Assembly: GCA_017403085.1 (NCBI GenBank)
Contig: JAFQOQ010000006.1
Span: forward strand, 832-64,831
Source: Alphaproteobacteria bacterium
Lineage (GTDB): Bacteria > Pseudomonadota > Alphaproteobacteria > Rs-D84
Length of the DNA stretch: 64,000 nt
Direction of reading: 5' to 3'
Below the pieces are notes generated by a model, which worked only from the letters and a program-made list of their open reading frames with translations, searched no databases and was not told the origin of the DNA. How positions within the stretch are numbered: position 1 is the first letter of the stretch; each line of letters starts with the position of its first letter. The translations under genes and the position numbers were made by a program. Shown piece by piece: positions 62,447 to 64,000 of this stretch.

Positions 62447-63555
62447 CGATTCGTTAATTGTAATTCTATGCGACGATTTTTTTGCAAGGATGCCGCGTCG
62501 TTGCCCAGTTCGACCGGGTGCATGTCGCCAAAGCCACTGGGGACCAGACGGCGTTTTGATACGCCCGCGTTTGCCAATTCGTTCGCGACCGCGGTTGCGC
62601 GCAATAAAGATAATTCTGTGTTGTTTTTATATGCGCGTGTGCCAGATATAACAGCCTTTTTATCGGTATGTCCATCGACGCGAATAATCCAGTTTATATC
62701 AGATGGAATTTGATTCTCCATATCTTTGATTACGTTTGCAATCAGATGTAATTGTTTTTTTCCTTCGGTGGATAGTTTGTATGATCCACTGGGGAACAAG
62801 ATGTCACTATTGACGATAAAACGGTCGCCTTCTTGTTGAATTGATGTGCGGTCGCCCATCGCCAGTTTTACGGCCTTGTAAAACGCAGATTGATATTGTG
62901 AAACGTCGTTTAATTCTGCAACCTTGTCGGCCAGTGCCTTGTTTAGGCGCGATGACATTTCAACATATCTGATTTCTTGTTGCGCTGATTTTTCTTCGGC
63001 GGCGTCCAATGCGGCCTGTAGTTGCATCAACTGTTCAGACAGTTTTGCGCGCTGGGCATCCATATCTTGTTGCAGTTTTTTACGTTCTTGTTCCAATTGC
63101 GCTGTTTTTTCTTTGTCCAGATTTGCCTGATTTAATTGTTGTGTCAGGTTATTTATCATCTGTTGCATATCGGTATCGCGCGCCTGCATTTCTGATACTT
63201 TGTTTTCGTATGCAGTAATCAGATCTTCGATACTGGCATCAATTTGTGTCAGTTCATTTGTCAAAACTTCGTTGTTTTGTTCCAGGTTTTCCAACTGTGC
63301 ATTTGCCAACAGCAACATGCGTTTTGCTTCCTGTTCGCTGGCAGTCATTTTTTCAATTGTTTGTGCCTGTTCTTCGTTCGCAGCGCGCAGGGCGGCAACG
63401 GCCTTGGTTCCGGTAGATTTATTAAACACGCTGGTTGTGGTCCATAAGAATACGAATACAATCAGTAAAAATATTAGCACAATGACCAGATTCGAGAATA
63501 AATCTACGAATGCGGGCCATGCGTTGGTCTGATTGCGAAATCTAACGTTCATCAT
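62443..63555 (-). CDS. MotB-like stator protein with a ~200-aa coiled-coil insert and C-terminal OmpA/MotB peptidoglycan-binding domain
   Basis: The N-terminal TM carries an Asp (WPAFVDLFSNLVIVLIFLLIV). A long Q/E/L/A heptad region follows. The C-terminus reads IRVDGHTDKKAVISGTRAYKNNTELSLLRATAVANELANAGVSKRRL...NRRIELQL. Confidence 0.7.
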   Translation of the reverse strand: MMNVRFRNQTNAWPAFVDLFSNLVIVLIFLLIVFVFLWTTTSVFNKSTGTKAVAALRAANEEQAQTIEKMTASEQEAKRMLLLANAQLENLEQNNEVLTNELTQIDASIEDLITAYENKVSEMQARDTDMQQMINNLTQQLNQANLDKEKTAQLEQERKKLQQDMDAQRAKLSEQLMQLQAALDAAEEKSAQQEIRYVEMSSRLNKALADKVAELNDVSQYQSAFYKAVKLAMGDRTSIQQEGDRFIVNSDILFPSGSYKLSTEGKKQLHLIANVIKDMENQIPSDINWIIRVDGHTDKKAVISGTRAYKNNTELSLLRATAVANELANAGVSKRRLVPSGFGDMHPVELGNDAASLQKNRRIELQLTNR

Positions 63556-63585
63556 TTTTTATTTTCTCTCTCTTGTCGTGGGGCG

Positions 63586-64000
63586 TCACAGATTGGACAC
63601 TGTTCGTTCCAATGTTTGTACGCTTTTACTAAGTTCCCGTGTTGCCAGATTGATTTGTGGTAAAATCTGGGCAACTGTGTCTGTGGTGGCAACATGGGTG
63701 TGTGCCGACAGATAATCTTCTAGTTCGCGGAATATTGCGTTTTGGGCCAGTTGTACCTGAAGCCCCAAGAAACCGATTGTCAAACTGCCCCCCAGGCCAA
63801 GTAATGAACTGGTAAATGCGGTTGCCATGCCGGTTAATGGCTTTGACAGGCCGTGCTGCATGTTGGTCAGTACGGCATCACTGGAAAAGTCAAGCGCGCC
63901 AATTAATTCTGCAAAGCCGCCGACAGTTAAAATCAGACCCCAGAATGTGCCCAGCAGGCCCAAGAATATAAGGGTGTTTGTGATATAACGAACCGATTCA
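63586..64000 (-). CDS. MotA/TolQ/ExbB proton-channel family protein, N-terminus outside the window
   Basis: The reading frame stays open to position 64000 (..ESVRYITNTLIFLGLLGTFWGLILTVGGF..). The typical LGLLGT-x-x-G motif and following TM segments are present. The track start at 63963 is only a TTG. Confidence 0.7.
   Translation of the reverse strand, partial: ESVRYITNTLIFLGLLGTFWGLILTVGGFAELIGALDFSSDAVLTNMQHGLSKPLTGMATAFTSSLLGLGGSLTIGFLGLQVQLAQNAIFRELEDYLSAHTHVATTDTVAQILPQINLATRELSKSVQTLERTVSNL

Noticed and set aside
62443-64000. Zorya-type defence system (ZorA/ZorB)
   Set aside because: As I recall, in Zorya the long coiled-coil tail belongs to the MotA-like ZorA and is followed by ZorC/D or ZorE genes. 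Here the coiled coil is on the MotB-like protein and the next gene is an OmpA lipoprotein behind a terminator. I therefore make no defence call on the visible sequence.
1-64000. CRISPR arrays, rRNA, IS elements, integrases, reverse transcriptases
   Set aside because: I found no spaced direct-repeat array; the only tandem repeats are in-frame coding repeats at 1490-1588 and 4197-4333. I also found no rRNA-like sequence and no ORF with transposase, integrase or RT motifs.

Overview
This 64-kb chromosomal window is most likely from a host-associated alphaproteobacterium that can live anaerobically. That is an inference from the S21 and IF-1 sequence style, LpxI, Omp25-like barrels and a class III RNR, and I cannot verify it here. 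I support about 50 protein genes and 3 tRNAs (Gln-CUG, Leu-CAA, Ala-UGC, all with encoded CCA). I also support many hairpin/T-run terminators, several sigma70-like promoters and two NrdR boxes. I see no rRNA, CRISPR array, transposase or integrase. Backbone genes are infA, nrdD/nrdG, recO, an acyl-CoA-ligase-like gene, a DsbA-like gene, DUF1015, a choloylglycine-hydrolase-like gene, lpxI, two porin-like barrels and a RumA-like methyltransferase. They continue with clpB (no N-domain), a DUF4301-like gene, rpmB, a P-type ATPase, lptC-lptB, an MsbA-like exporter, rpsU, a ppiD-like gene, tpiA, grpE, an OmpA lipoprotein and a MotB-like/MotA-like pair. The main candidate for something undescribed is a paralogous family of at least six large Sec-signal, Cys-rich proteins (about 12.3 kb of coding sequence). 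They share a C-x6-7-C-[ML]-D-x-F-C signature and further ordered Cys blocks, sit among core genes, and lie near a DsbA homologue. Other leads: (1) a glycine-zipper/HExxH three-gene cluster bracketed by a duplicated fragment of the tRNA-Gln promoter region; (2) a 2.1-kb AT-rich islet at the tRNA-Gln 3' end carrying a membrane-anchored HNH nuclease; (3) a class III RNR whose glycyl-radical loop lies on a separate 62-aa ORF; (4) two unusual autotransporters; (5) a 48-aa AbrB-like ORF and a 287-codon edge-truncated gene, both missing from the ORF track.
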